DNA of 64,000 bases from Gammaproteobacteria bacterium (GTDB taxonomy: Bacteria; Pseudomonadota; Gammaproteobacteria; Eutrophobiales; Eutrophobiaceae): the NCBI GenBank assembly GCA_965243205.1, contig CBDEUK010000002.1, positions 1,952,001-2,016,000 on the forward strand, given 5' to 3'. Within the stretch, counting starts at the first letter, position 1, and every line of letters begins with the position of its first letter. The notes beneath the pieces were generated by a model that did not search any database, was not told the DNA's origin, and saw nothing but the letters and a program-made list of their open reading frames with translations. This document shows positions 49,412 through 59,346 of this stretch, piece after piece. The position numbers and the translations under genes were made by a program.

Positions 49412-49425
49412 TTGATTTTGATAAA
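49412..49425. promoter_or_regulatory. FNR-like box
   Basis: TTGAT-TTTG-ATAAA, one mismatch, in AT-rich context. Confidence 0.4.
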
Positions 49426-49432
49426 GCTTATA

Positions 49433-50152
49433 TTAATTACCATGACAAATTTGTTGTAGCTTTTCTTTATCATGAATGGTAATTAACTTACGTTCAGCAG
49501 TAATGATATTGTCACTTTGAAAACGACTGATAATTCTGCTGACAGTTTCGATGGTTAAGCCTAAGTAGTTTCCTATTTCTTGCCGTGACATAGCTAGATT
49601 AAATTCTGTACTAGAATAACCTAAGGCATGATAACGTTGAGAAATATTACCAATAAAAGAAGCAACGCGTTGATCAGCTTGTTTATTGTTGATAGAGAGT
49701 AACATTTCATTTTCGTTGCCGAGTTCTTTACTCATTAATCGAAACATCTGGTGTTGTAAGCCAGGGATTACTTGGCTCAGTTCTTCTAATCGCGAAAAAG
49801 GAAAAGAGCAATATGTCATTGTTTCTAGAGCAATCGCAGTACACTTGTGAGTATCGTTTTCAATTGCGTCTAAACCAAGCAGTTCACCTGGCAAATAAAA
49901 ACCAATAATCTGTTGCTCTCCAGTTTCACTGATATTGACTAATTTCACCGAACCTGAGCGTATAGCGTAAAGTTGTTTGAACTTATCACCCATATTAAAA
50001 ATGTTTTCACCTTTCTTTATGGGGTTTGAACGATTAACAGTATTTTCGAGCTTGCTCAAAGAATCTTTATCAAGCCCTGCAGGTAAGCAGATTTCAGATA
50101 GGCTGCAATCAGAACAGGCAACTTTTACTTTTTTTATATCAAAGCTCGTCAT
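49433..50152 (-). CDS. fnr: FNR/ANR oxygen-sensing regulator
   Basis: CSDC...EICLP plus a fourth Cys; MSRQEIGNYLGLTIETVSR helix-turn-helix. Confidence 0.95.
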   Translation of the reverse strand: MTSFDIKKVKVACSDCSLSEICLPAGLDKDSLSKLENTVNRSNPIKKGENIFNMGDKFKQLYAIRSGSVKLVNISETGEQQIIGFYLPGELLGLDAIENDTHKCTAIALETMTYCSFPFSRLEELSQVIPGLQHQMFRLMSKELGNENEMLLSINNKQADQRVASFIGNISQRYHALGYSSTEFNLAMSRQEIGNYLGLTIETVSRIISRFQSDNIITAERKLITIHDKEKLQQICHGN

Positions 50153-50196
50153 GGTTAATTTAAGTATTATAAGATTTATATGGCATCTGAAAAATA

Positions 50197-50943
50197 TTAT
50201 TCAAGTTCTAATAATTGTCCACCTAAAGATAACAACAATTTTTCAGTGTCAGATTTTGCAACAGCTAATAAATTTATATCAGTTGCTCTCATGATAATAT
50301 TGACGCCGAATTTCTGATTTTTAAAAAAGGGATAACTTCCAATACTAATATTAGGATATTGATTTTGTAATTGAGTTAACCCTTCTGCGATTTGGCCTTC
50401 ACGTAAATTGGTAATTACACTCTCGGTGACTATCGGATCGCCGCCAATTAAACGATCGGTAATACCATCAAACATTGCTTGCATGATTTTAGGTACACCT
50501 GGTAAAACGAAAACATTATTTAACTGAAAACCGGGAGCACCACTGACAGGGTTTTCGATTAAAACCGTATCTTCAGGAATATCAGCCATTTTTAATCGAG
50601 CATCGGTTAAATCTTTAACAGGATAGTAGGCTTCTAATAAAGTTTGTGCTTCGCTATTACGTACAACCTTTTTATCAAAGGCTTTGGCTATTGAAGCTGT
50701 GGTTATATCATCATGTGTTGGGCCTATGCCACCAGTCGTAAACACATAGTGGTATTCTCTAGATGCCTCTCTTACAACATCGATAATCGTTTGCTCGACA
50801 TCAGCAATGACTCTGGCCTCGGTTAAGATAATCCCCAGTTTTTCTAATCGCTGTGCAATGAATGAAAGATTTACGTCTTGGGTGCGGCCGGAAAGAATTT
50901 CATTCCCTATGATAATGACAGATGCAGTGTATTGTTTGGACAT
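50197..50943 (-). CDS. CinA-like molybdopterin-binding domain protein
   Basis: IIGNEILSGRTQDVN, TTGGIGPTHDDIT and LPGVP motifs. Confidence 0.88.
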   Translation of the reverse strand: MSKQYTASVIIIGNEILSGRTQDVNLSFIAQRLEKLGIILTEARVIADVEQTIIDVVREASREYHYVFTTGGIGPTHDDITTASIAKAFDKKVVRNSEAQTLLEAYYPVKDLTDARLKMADIPEDTVLIENPVSGAPGFQLNNVFVLPGVPKIMQAMFDGITDRLIGGDPIVTESVITNLREGQIAEGLTQLQNQYPNISIGSYPFFKNQKFGVNIIMRATDINLLAVAKSDTEKLLLSLGGQLLELE

Positions 50944-50992
50944 CTGGATAGTATGCAGTTGCAGAGAAGCATGAACAAGGAATAAAAAGCAG

Positions 50993-51039
50993 AAAAAATA
51001 GCACTTCCATGTGCTCGATGAGTTATCGCTGAGTTGCGG
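50993..51039 (-). ncRNA. Candidate Fur-repressed small RNA (~45-50 nt)
   Basis: Lies downstream of TTTACA-17-TATAGT; no ORF; ends in AGCAC-ATGGAA-GTGCT-ATTTTTT. Confidence 0.4.
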
Positions 51040-51044
51040 GAATA

Positions 51045-51087
51045 ACTATAGCGCAACGAATCTTATTTGTAAATGATAATTATTACT
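51045..51087 (-). promoter_or_regulatory. Sigma-70 promoter overlapped by a Fur box
   Basis: -35 TTTACA (51068-73), -10 TATAGT (51045-50), 17-bp spacer; GTAAATGATAATTATTACT (51069-87) is 14/19 to the Fur consensus. Confidence 0.65.
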
Positions 51088-51137
51088 ATTTAAGAATTAT
51101 TTTCGATTAATTTATAATTAATAATAATATCAATAGT

Positions 51138-51932
51138 TTACGCAGCCATTATTTCTTCAATAATCTGCTTAACGGTGTTGGGTTCGAAAGGTTTATCACA
51201 AATAGCGGATACGCCTGCTTCCTGAGCTTCTGATAAGCGAGTATTGTTTTCTTCTGTTGTTACCATCAGGATAGGAACCGATCGTTGATTACTTTGGGTT
51301 CTAATATATCTAGCCAATGATTGACCATCCATATTTGGCATATTGTAATCAGTGACGACTAAATCAAAATATTCTCGTTCAATAATCGGTAATGCATCTT
51401 CACCATCAATCGCTTCAGTAATTTTTTCAATCCCCATTTTGGCCAACGTTTTTGTAATCTGCCTACGCGCCATACGGCTATCATCAACAATTAATACGTT
51501 CAGTGATTCGATATCAAAATTTTCTAATACGATTTGATCAGGATCCAAAGTATCGATACTGGTTACTAGAGCAGCTTTTAATTGTTCAGTACTGAAGGGT
51601 TTTTCCAGAACACCAGTCGCGCCTGCTTGTTTAATTGGGTCAAGCTGCTCAAAACTTTTCACTGTTGAGATAAGTAAGAAAGGTAAATCTTGTGTGCTTT
51701 CATCATCACGTAGTTTTGCCACTAATTCAGTGCTGCACATATCAGGAAGATGCATACTGGAAATGACGAGATCAGGTTCTAAATCAATAACATTGTCGAG
51801 TAGTTCTTGACCCGAATCAAAGGTTTTAAAGTTGTTTACACCTAATTCATCAAATTGATTTTTGATAATTTTGAGCTGGGTATCGGATGGCTCTACTAAT
51901 ATTATGAAAAGGTCTTGAATTTGTTCGACCAT
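51138..51932 (-). CDS. Tandem receiver-domain response regulator (pseudo-REC plus CheY-like REC)
   Basis: First domain LVEPS / DLVISSMHLP lacks the phospho-Asp; second has VDDS, TDYNMP and KPF. Confidence 0.85.
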   Translation of the reverse strand: MVEQIQDLFIILVEPSDTQLKIIKNQFDELGVNNFKTFDSGQELLDNVIDLEPDLVISSMHLPDMCSTELVAKLRDDESTQDLPFLLISTVKSFEQLDPIKQAGATGVLEKPFSTEQLKAALVTSIDTLDPDQIVLENFDIESLNVLIVDDSRMARRQITKTLAKMGIEKITEAIDGEDALPIIEREYFDLVVTDYNMPNMDGQSLARYIRTQSNQRSVPILMVTTEENNTRLSEAQEAGVSAICDKPFEPNTVKQIIEEIMAA

Positions 51933-51966
51933 TAACGACTCCGCTAGATATTTAGTTATACCTGCA

Positions 51967-51994
51967 GAATCGGCAAAATGGTCGAACAGCTTTA
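51967..51994 (-). promoter_or_regulatory. Possible sigma-28 promoter
   Basis: TAAA-N16-GCCGATTC (spacer 1 bp longer than consensus). Confidence 0.35.
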
Positions 51995-52035
51995 GTTTTA
52001 TTAACTCTTGTGGTTGTTAATTATAAAACCTTGAA

Positions 52036-54195
52036 TCACCAACGGTAAGAGACATTGGCGAAAGCATTTCTGCCTGCGCCAGCAAGACGTTGGCCCACAG
52101 GCACATCACTGGCTGAGTTACGATTAAATCCAGATAAGTGATTGGTATATTGCTTATCTAATACGTTCTCTATACCGGCTTGAAAAAAGAAGCCGTTACT
52201 GAAGTTATATTGTGAATATAAATGCAGCAAAGCATAACCACCAGTAGCAGAATTATTATTATTGTTGTTATTCGGATCTAGGGTTATTACATCAGAAATT
52301 TTATCTTGTTCAGCAAAGACTTCGCCTTGTACGGTTGTTTGCCAATGAGCAGTGCTATACGTTAATGATAAGTTAGCATTCAAAGGTGCGATGCGATAAA
52401 GGTCATCATCGACATCACGACGTTTGCCTCTTGTATAAGCTATAGAACCATCAACACGCCAGTTTTGATTAAATAAATAACCAAAGCCAGAGTCAAAGCC
52501 ATAAATCTTGGCATCGACGTTACTAAATTCCAATGGACGATTATTATTTGATGCTAAATTGTTAAATGTTATTGCTGCAGCATTTGATGATTCTATACCT
52601 TGAATATAATCATCAATATGTTTGTAATAAATACGTGGAGTAACATAGAATTTTTGATTGTTGAAATTCAAGCCAAGTTCTACTTGATGAGATACTTCAG
52701 GGTCTAATTCAGGGTTGCCAATGTAATTATTACCATCACCAAGTCCAGCATTAACTTCCAATGGTATCCATAGATAACGTTCTATATATGAAGCCGAACG
52801 AGTTTTTCGAGCTAGACCTAATTCTACATCGACTACATTATTTATTTGATGATTAAATTTAATTACAGCGTCAACATTTGTATCATTTTGTGATAGATCA
52901 GACGCATTATAATTATCTCTAAGTGTTCTTGCTGCGTTAGATAAAGGTGCTGGGGCTAGATTCGCAGGAAAAGCATCAACAAACCCTGAGTCTGCTCTTA
53001 CATGTTCAACACGTACGCCTACTTCCATATTAGTTTTACTTGCAATTGAGCCATTCCATTCCGTAAAGAATCCATAATAGTTTTGTTCAGCATCATTAAA
53101 ATTCTGAATAAAGAATGCTGCAAAATCAGGATCAGTAACTCTAGCATCATGACTATTTAACTTAGCATCAGTACCAAAGGTAATGGTACCTGTTGAAAAA
53201 GGTTTACTTGCGACAAGAGACCAGCCATAACCATCACTTTCGACGTCAACAATACGTCTATCATCTCCCGCAAATGGAGGTAAGCCTGCTACGAGAGCAT
53301 TGTTAAAATCAGGTGCAGGTCGTAAGGTAAAGTTATTCATTTGATGACGAACTTTGGTTAAAAATAACTTTGATTCAATGTCAAAGCCTAAAGCTTTGGT
53401 GTTAAAACCAGTATTCAGTTGATTGGTTTTAAAGAACGCAATATCAAGAGGTAGAACAGGCGTACCAGAGTTATCAGTATCGGTACGTTTAATATCGATC
53501 ATGAATTCGTTATTGCCTGTTTGGTATCCATAACCCAGACCAAAAAAGGTTTTTTCATAATCAGTACCTTCAATCGTACCGCCATCGAATTCAGTATCAT
53601 TTGCTTCGTCATGTGCACCCATAATGTGGACACGGTGATAGCGATTTGAACTACTTAATATCCCGCCAAAGTTATAACCGCCGTTGACTTCTTTGCCGCC
53701 AACTGAGAAGTCACCGTGATGAATCATTGTGTCAGAGTCGCTGAATGAACTGGTTTTACTTTTCGCATTGGCATAACCACCAATACCGCTACCCGTACTG
53801 ACTGATGCGATACCACGAGTAACCTCAATTGAATCAACCAATGAAGCAGGTAAATAGTGAAGAGGTGGATCCATCCAGTTTGGGCCACCAGATTCTAAAT
53901 ATGTACCATCGATTAATACATTTACACGTGGTCCAAACATACCTCGATATTGAGGTTGCGCACTAAACCCACCGTTGTAATTGAATGTTCCACCAGGTAC
54001 TGCTTTGAACATTGCTGAGCTATCAGCTGAAGATTGGATTTGATAATCAGGATCGATAACGGTTGATTTAAAATCATCGATTTGTTCAGCGGTTACTGTT
54101 AGTTCAGGTAATTCGGCATGCTCAGCCTGTATATTGGAAGAAAATAACACTAATACTAAGTTAATGGTTATAAACTTCATGGTTAATTGAAGCAT
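52036..54195 (-). CDS. TonB-dependent receptor, OprC-like (possible copper receptor)
   Basis: Plug motif GGPNWMDPP, HQMNNF, NPELDPE, terminal Trp; ATG 54195 has SD GAGGA. Confidence 0.85.
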   Translation of the reverse strand: MLQLTMKFITINLVLVLFSSNIQAEHAELPELTVTAEQIDDFKSTVIDPDYQIQSSADSSAMFKAVPGGTFNYNGGFSAQPQYRGMFGPRVNVLIDGTYLESGGPNWMDPPLHYLPASLVDSIEVTRGIASVSTGSGIGGYANAKSKTSSFSDSDTMIHHGDFSVGGKEVNGGYNFGGILSSSNRYHRVHIMGAHDEANDTEFDGGTIEGTDYEKTFFGLGYGYQTGNNEFMIDIKRTDTDNSGTPVLPLDIAFFKTNQLNTGFNTKALGFDIESKLFLTKVRHQMNNFTLRPAPDFNNALVAGLPPFAGDDRRIVDVESDGYGWSLVASKPFSTGTITFGTDAKLNSHDARVTDPDFAAFFIQNFNDAEQNYYGFFTEWNGSIASKTNMEVGVRVEHVRADSGFVDAFPANLAPAPLSNAARTLRDNYNASDLSQNDTNVDAVIKFNHQINNVVDVELGLARKTRSASYIERYLWIPLEVNAGLGDGNNYIGNPELDPEVSHQVELGLNFNNQKFYVTPRIYYKHIDDYIQGIESSNAAAITFNNLASNNNRPLEFSNVDAKIYGFDSGFGYLFNQNWRVDGSIAYTRGKRRDVDDDLYRIAPLNANLSLTYSTAHWQTTVQGEVFAEQDKISDVITLDPNNNNNNNSATGGYALLHLYSQYNFSNGFFFQAGIENVLDKQYTNHLSGFNRNSASDVPVGQRLAGAGRNAFANVSYRW

Positions 54196-54260
54196 TTTGT
54201 TCCTCTTCATCAAATTGGTTTATTATTTGGGGGGCAAATTTTACTCGTTTTTGAGCAAAT

Positions 54261-54287
54261 TAAGGTGCGACAAATTGTCGCACCTTA
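54261..54287. promoter_or_regulatory. RegA/PrrA-type box within a perfect 27-bp palindrome
   Basis: TAAGGTGCGACAA-A-TTGTCGCACCTTA; core GCGAC-N5-GTCGC; adjacent to regBA. Confidence 0.8.
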
Positions 54288-54305
54288 GAAGAGTTAGAGA
54301 ATTCG

Positions 54306-55571
54306 GTGATACAAAAAGAAACCACTCAAAATTATTTAAAACAAAATTTACGTTATTTATTAGTGTTAAGAGCGATTGCGATAGGCACACAAATATTAGC
54401 GTTATTGTTTATGTTATTTGCTTTTGATCTGCCGGTGCCGATTATTCCTATTAGTATTCTGATCATATTCTTGATGTTGTTTACGGTTTACTCATGGTCA
54501 CGATTAACTCAAGTAGATGTAATTTATAATCAAGATTACATGTTGCAATTGATTGTTGATATTTTAGTTTTATCTTTATTGGTTTATTTTACTGGTGGTT
54601 CGAGTAATCCTTTCACGTTTTTCTTTTTACTCCCGATAACATTTGCTGCAGCTAGTTTACGATTCAAACATACGTGTATTATCGCTGCCCTTGCCGCTAT
54701 CAGTTATACATTCCTTATGTTTTACCATGTACCTTTACTCAAGCATTCCGACCACCATGCCGGTTTCGATTTACATATTTGGGGTATGTGGTATGGCTTT
54801 TTAGTTAGCGCTACATTGGTTACTTATTATGTTTCACGTATTGGAGCGACGGTTCGAAAACGTAATCAAGCTTTGGCTATTGCACGTGAAGAAAACTTAA
54901 AATCGGATCAGGTTTTAGCCTTAGGTACATTAGCAGCAGGTACAGCGCATGAGCTAGGCACACCTTTAAGTACGATGGCTGTTTTGACCAAAGAGTTGGA
55001 ACATGATTATGAATCTGAACCAGAGACTTTAAAAAATTTACAATTATTAAGACAACAAATTGATCGTTGTAAAAGTATTTTATCCAAAATGGCAGTTGAC
55101 GCAGGAACAGTTTCTGCCGACTCAGGGCATTCAGTGAATATAAAGGGTTATTTAGAAGAGCTTTACTTTGACTGGAAGACATTACGTTATGATTTAGAGT
55201 TAGAAGATTCGATCGAGTTGACTGGGCCAGAGCTTGTTATTATTGCAGATACAACAGTTTCTCAATCAATTATGAATGTATTAAATAATGCGGCTGAAGC
55301 AGCAAAGTATAAAATTGATTTTAATGCTGAATGGAATAATGAATGGTTAAAAATATTTATTAAGGATGATGGAGATGGGATTGATCCTGCTTTATTTAAA
55401 AATAATCAACCAATCATCAGCACTAAACAACCACAAGGAATGGGTATAGGATTATTTTTAGCACAAGTAACGTTGAATCGATTAGGAGGCAGTTTGCAAG
55501 TAATGGAGAGTGATCAGAAAGGCACAACGATTCTAATTGAGCTACCGTTGCAACAATTTATTACGAGTTAA
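54306..55571 (+). CDS. regB: RegB/PrrB-type sensor histidine kinase
   Basis: GGSSNPF quinone motif, AHELGTPL H-box, QIDRCK Cys motif, G boxes. Confidence 0.9.
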   Translation: MIQKETTQNYLKQNLRYLLVLRAIAIGTQILALLFMLFAFDLPVPIIPISILIIFLMLFTVYSWSRLTQVDVIYNQDYMLQLIVDILVLSLLVYFTGGSSNPFTFFFLLPITFAAASLRFKHTCIIAALAAISYTFLMFYHVPLLKHSDHHAGFDLHIWGMWYGFLVSATLVTYYVSRIGATVRKRNQALAIAREENLKSDQVLALGTLAAGTAHELGTPLSTMAVLTKELEHDYESEPETLKNLQLLRQQIDRCKSILSKMAVDAGTVSADSGHSVNIKGYLEELYFDWKTLRYDLELEDSIELTGPELVIIADTTVSQSIMNVLNNAAEAAKYKIDFNAEWNNEWLKIFIKDDGDGIDPALFKNNQPIISTKQPQGMGIGLFLAQVTLNRLGGSLQVMESDQKGTTILIELPLQQFITS

Positions 55572-55580
55572 TTATTTAAG

Positions 55581-56123
55581 ATGGCTGCTAACAATAAATT
55601 ATTAATCGTAGATGATGATGTAACTTTTTGTGAAGTGTTAGAGCGTGCGTTGATTAAAAGAGAATTTAATGTTGTTGTTGCCAATGATGTTAAACAAGCA
55701 GAAGCCTTATTAAAAGAATGTATACCTGATTATGCTGTTGTTGATTTAAATATGCCTAATGCATCTGGCTTGACTCTAATACCAACTTTAAAAAAAGCGA
55801 ATGACAATATTAAAATGGTTGTGTTAACAGGCTATGCAAGTATTGCTACAGCTGTTGAAGCAATAAAACTAGGTGCGACGAACTATTTAACAAAACCTTC
55901 TGATGCAGATGAAATTGTTCAAGCATTAAATATTGTTTCGAATGAGCAAACAAATACAGAGTTACCAATTTTACCGATGAGTGCTGAACGACTCGAGTGG
56001 GAACACATACAAAAAGTGTTAACGCAGTGTGAAGGGAATATTTCGAAAGCGGCTAGGCAATTAGGAATGCATCGAAGAACGTTACAGCGCAAATTACAAA
56101 AACGCCCAAGCAGCTTAAACTAA
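55581..56123 (+). CDS. regA: RegA/PrrA-type response regulator
   Basis: [23 protein letters not shown] and [12 protein letters not shown] motifs. Confidence 0.93.
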   Translation: MAANNKLLIVDDDVTFCEVLERALIKREFNVVVANDVKQAEALLKECIPDYAVVDLNMPNASGLTLIPTLKKANDNIKMVVLTGYASIATAVEAIKLGATNYLTKPSDADEIVQALNIVSNEQTNTELPILPMSAERLEWEHIQKVLTQCEGNISKAARQLGMHRRTLQRKLQKRPSSLN

Positions 56124-56500
56124 GCTGCTTGTTCGGCAATTTTATCTTTTAATTCTTTAACGTTGTTATTTTCATCAAGATAAACCAAAGATGGTTTATG
56201 AAGATCAGCACTTTGTTCATTAAAACGTGCATAGGTACAAATAATCACACGATCGCCAGGGTTTGCTTTATGCGCAGCAGCGCCATTGACAGAGATAATT
56301 TTTGAGCCAGCTTCTGCACGAATTGCATACGTAGTAAAGCGCTCACCGTTGGTTACATTATAAATATCTATTTGTTCGTACTCGCGAATATTCGCAAGTT
56401 TGAGTAATTCTCCATCGATGGCACAAGAACCTTCATAGTCAATCTCAGAGTGAGTGACACAAGCACGATGTAATTTCGATTTTAACAAGGTAATTTCCAT
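56120..56500 (-). CDS. panD: Aspartate 1-decarboxylase
   Basis: KSKLHRA, YEGS and NGAAAH motifs. Confidence 0.95.
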   Translation of the reverse strand: MEITLLKSKLHRACVTHSEIDYEGSCAIDGELLKLANIREYEQIDIYNVTNGERFTTYAIRAEAGSKIISVNGAAAHKANPGDRVIICTYARFNEQSADLHKPSLVYLDENNNVKELKDKIAEQAA

Positions 56501-56573
56501 AGTGTGTTCCAAGGGTTCTGTGAAAAAGTATAGTGGAAAAAGGGGCGCAGTATCCCCGAAATACGCGGTTTCT

Positions 56574-57416
56574 TCAACGATTAACCGGCATATTATCGAT
56601 TAGCCTGGCTTTTCCAAGCCACGCTGCTGCTATGATGACTAGGTTTTCTTTTGTCGGTGCAGACAGGTCATTTGCATCACAAATACTGAAATAATCGACC
56701 TTAAATCCAGCCTGCTCAAGTTTAGACACTGCAGAGTTCTCAAGTTCCTTAATATTTTCAATAGTTTGCGATAATTTATCGGCGGTTTCTTTTAGTACCG
56801 AATAAAGAATAGGCGCGATTTTACGTTCTTCTGGCGTTAAATATTGATTGCGAGAACTCATCGCTAAACCGTCGTTTTCTCTGACGGTCGGGGAACCGAT
56901 AATTTCTACTGGCAAATTGAGATCATCGACCATGTTTTTGATGACGAGTAATTGTTGATAATCTTTTTGTCCAAATACAGCCAAATCAGGTAGTACTAAA
57001 TTGAAAAATTTGGTCACGATCGTTGCAACGCCTTTGAAATGCCCTGGACGAGTTTTACCACAATAGATGTTATCCAGTTTAGGTACTGTCACTTCAGTTA
57101 CATTCTCCCATCCGGTTGGAAATAACTGGTCTTCATCGGGTATGTATACCAAATCAACATTCGCGTCTTTTAATACCGCTAAGTCTTCTTCAATTGTCCG
57201 AGGGTAAGTCGCAAAATCTTCACCTTTTACAAATTGTGAAGGATTGACAAAAATACTGACAATGACTTTGTCGGCTATTTTGTTTGCATGTTCTACTAAT
57301 GAGATATGACCTTGATGCAAGTTACCCATTGTCGGTACAAAGCCAATGGTTTGTTTTTCCATACGCCATTCGTTCGTGTAATGTCGTAGGTCTGAATTAA
57401 GATTAACCTTAATCAT
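56574..57416 (-). CDS. panC: Pantoate--beta-alanine ligase
   Basis: [19 protein letters not shown] and GLAMSSRN motifs. Confidence 0.96.
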   Translation of the reverse strand: MIKVNLNSDLRHYTNEWRMEKQTIGFVPTMGNLHQGHISLVEHANKIADKVIVSIFVNPSQFVKGEDFATYPRTIEEDLAVLKDANVDLVYIPDEDQLFPTGWENVTEVTVPKLDNIYCGKTRPGHFKGVATIVTKFFNLVLPDLAVFGQKDYQQLLVIKNMVDDLNLPVEIIGSPTVRENDGLAMSSRNQYLTPEERKIAPILYSVLKETADKLSQTIENIKELENSAVSKLEQAGFKVDYFSICDANDLSAPTKENLVIIAAAWLGKARLIDNMPVNR

Positions 57417-58209
57417 CTAGATAGTGTTCTTTAGCTGGAAAAGATTTTGATTTAACGGCATCTACATAACCATCAATTGCATCACCAATGCTTGGATTAT
57501 CCGCCATGAAGTTACGGGTAAAACGTGGGGCTAATGAAGAAATGCCTAACATATCATGCAATACTAAAACCTGGCCGTCACATTCTGCACCAGCGCCAAT
57601 ACCAATCACTGGAATGTTAACGATTTCAGTTACAGCTTTAGCTAAGCCACTGGGTACACATTCCAAAACTAATAATTTTGCACCTGCCGTTTGTAAGTTT
57701 TCAGCATCCATTATGATTTGCTTGTATTGTTCAGGTGTCTTGCCTTGGACTTCATAGCCACCAAGGTTATGGACCGATTGCGGTGTTAGACCTAGATGAC
57801 CACAGACAGCAATGCCTTGTGCATTCAGTTCTTCAATAATTTCTAACATCGGTTCGCCACCTTCTAACTTCACCATGTGCGCGCCGCTCTCACGGATCAT
57901 GCGTGATGCATTGCCAATGGCTTGAGCTTTGGTTGCATAACTCATAAAAGGCATATCAATAATCACCATAGCGCGTTCTGTCGCTTGGCTAACTAATTTG
58001 CAATGATAGATCATATCATTCACGGTGACTGCAAGGGTTGTATCATCTCCTTGTATGACCATGCCTAATGAGTCACCGACTAAAATCACATCCATTAAAT
58101 GTTGATCCAACAATCGTGCAAATGTTGCATCGTATGCAGTTAAACAGGCAATTTTTTCACCCGTTTTCTTCATCGAATTAAGGGTGGTTAAGGTGATGTT
58201 TTTTTTCAT
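57409..58209 (-). CDS. panB: Ketopantoate hydroxymethyltransferase
   Basis: LTAYD, LVGDSLG, VKLEGG and GHLGLTPQS motifs. Confidence 0.96.
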   Translation of the reverse strand: MKKNITLTTLNSMKKTGEKIACLTAYDATFARLLDQHLMDVILVGDSLGMVIQGDDTTLAVTVNDMIYHCKLVSQATERAMVIIDMPFMSYATKAQAIGNASRMIRESGAHMVKLEGGEPMLEIIEELNAQGIAVCGHLGLTPQSVHNLGGYEVQGKTPEQYKQIIMDAENLQTAGAKLLVLECVPSGLAKAVTEIVNIPVIGIGAGAECDGQVLVLHDMLGISSLAPRFTRNFMADNPSIGDAIDGYVDAVKSKSFPAKEHYLDD

Positions 58210-58859
58210 ATGGACTTGGGATTGAAATAAAGTCTTCCAGATTTATGATAACGAATTTGCTCGAGTAATAATTCGTAGTCTTCTGGTTTTTCTTGTAGAT
58301 TAAAATCTTCTGTATTGACTATCAATAATGGTGAATCTGAGTAGTGGTAAAAAAAATCAACATAGGCGTTGGAGATTTTTTTCAAGTATTCATCGTTGAT
58401 ATGACGTTCGTAATTTATACCACGTTTACCAATACGCTTTAATAAAACATCAGTTGGTGCTTGCAAGTAAATCACCAAATCTGGAGTTGGAGCATCAATG
58501 GTTAACTGATTATAAACTTGTTCGTAGAGTTCGAATTCGTCTTTGTCTAAATTCAGTTCTGCAAAGATTCTATCTTTTTGAATGAGATAATCGGATACCT
58601 GTACGGGTCGAAACATATCAGTTTGAACCAGTGATTGAATCTGTTTTGCGCGCTGGAATAAAAAATATAATTGAGTAGGTAATGCAGCGTTTTTAGGGTC
58701 TTGATAAAACCGTTCTAGAAAGGGGTTTTCTGCTGGTAGTTCTAACATTAAATCAGTCGAGAATGTTTCCGCTAAGCGTTTAGCAAGCGTTGTTTTACCA
58801 ACACCGATTGGCCCTTCGACTACGATATAGTCTGGATTATCATTATTGCTTAGTAACAA
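58206..58859 (-). CDS. Deoxynucleoside kinase
   Basis: EGPIGVGKTT, NPFLERFY and PDLVIYLQA motifs. Confidence 0.9.
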   Translation of the reverse strand: MLLSNNDNPDYIVVEGPIGVGKTTLAKRLAETFSTDLMLELPAENPFLERFYQDPKNAALPTQLYFLFQRAKQIQSLVQTDMFRPVQVSDYLIQKDRIFAELNLDKDEFELYEQVYNQLTIDAPTPDLVIYLQAPTDVLLKRIGKRGINYERHINDEYLKKISNAYVDFFYHYSDSPLLIVNTEDFNLQEKPEDYELLLEQIRYHKSGRLYFNPKSI

Positions 58860-59334
58860 TTTCTATTCCTGATTGATCAACTTCTTCAAGTAATGCTTTA
58901 AGGTTTCCAAAAGTAGGTATATTTAAATCTTCATCTATGTCGGATAAAGGCACAAGTACAAATGCTCGATGTATCATTTCTGGATGTGGAACAATGAGTC
59001 TAGGATGATCAATAACTTCATCATTATATAGTAATAAATCTAAATCTAAGGTTCTTGCTCCCCAATGCACTTTACGAACACGGCCATGACGATTCTCCGT
59101 ATCCTGCATTACATCAAGTAAATCAAGAGCTGACAATGCTGTTTGAATTAAACATACTGCATTGATGAAATCTGGCTGATCTTGAGGTCCAACCGGTTTG
59201 GTTTGATAGTAATGAGAAACGTTTAATAATTCGATATTTTTATGTTCAGTCAGTTCTTCAATCGCGTTTTTAACTTGCTCTAGAGGATTTTCCAAATTAC
59301 TTCCGAGGCCAATGTAAGCAAGGTTTTCTTTCAC
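58843..59334 (-). CDS. folK: HPPK (hydroxymethyldihydropteridine diphosphokinase)
   Basis: IGLGSNL, QPDFINAV and WGARTLDLDLL motifs. Confidence 0.95.
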   Translation of the reverse strand: MKENLAYIGLGSNLENPLEQVKNAIEELTEHKNIELLNVSHYYQTKPVGPQDQPDFINAVCLIQTALSALDLLDVMQDTENRHGRVRKVHWGARTLDLDLLLYNDEVIDHPRLIVPHPEMIHRAFVLVPLSDIDEDLNIPTFGNLKALLEEVDQSGIEIVTKQ

Positions 59335-59346
59335 GATATTTATTCT

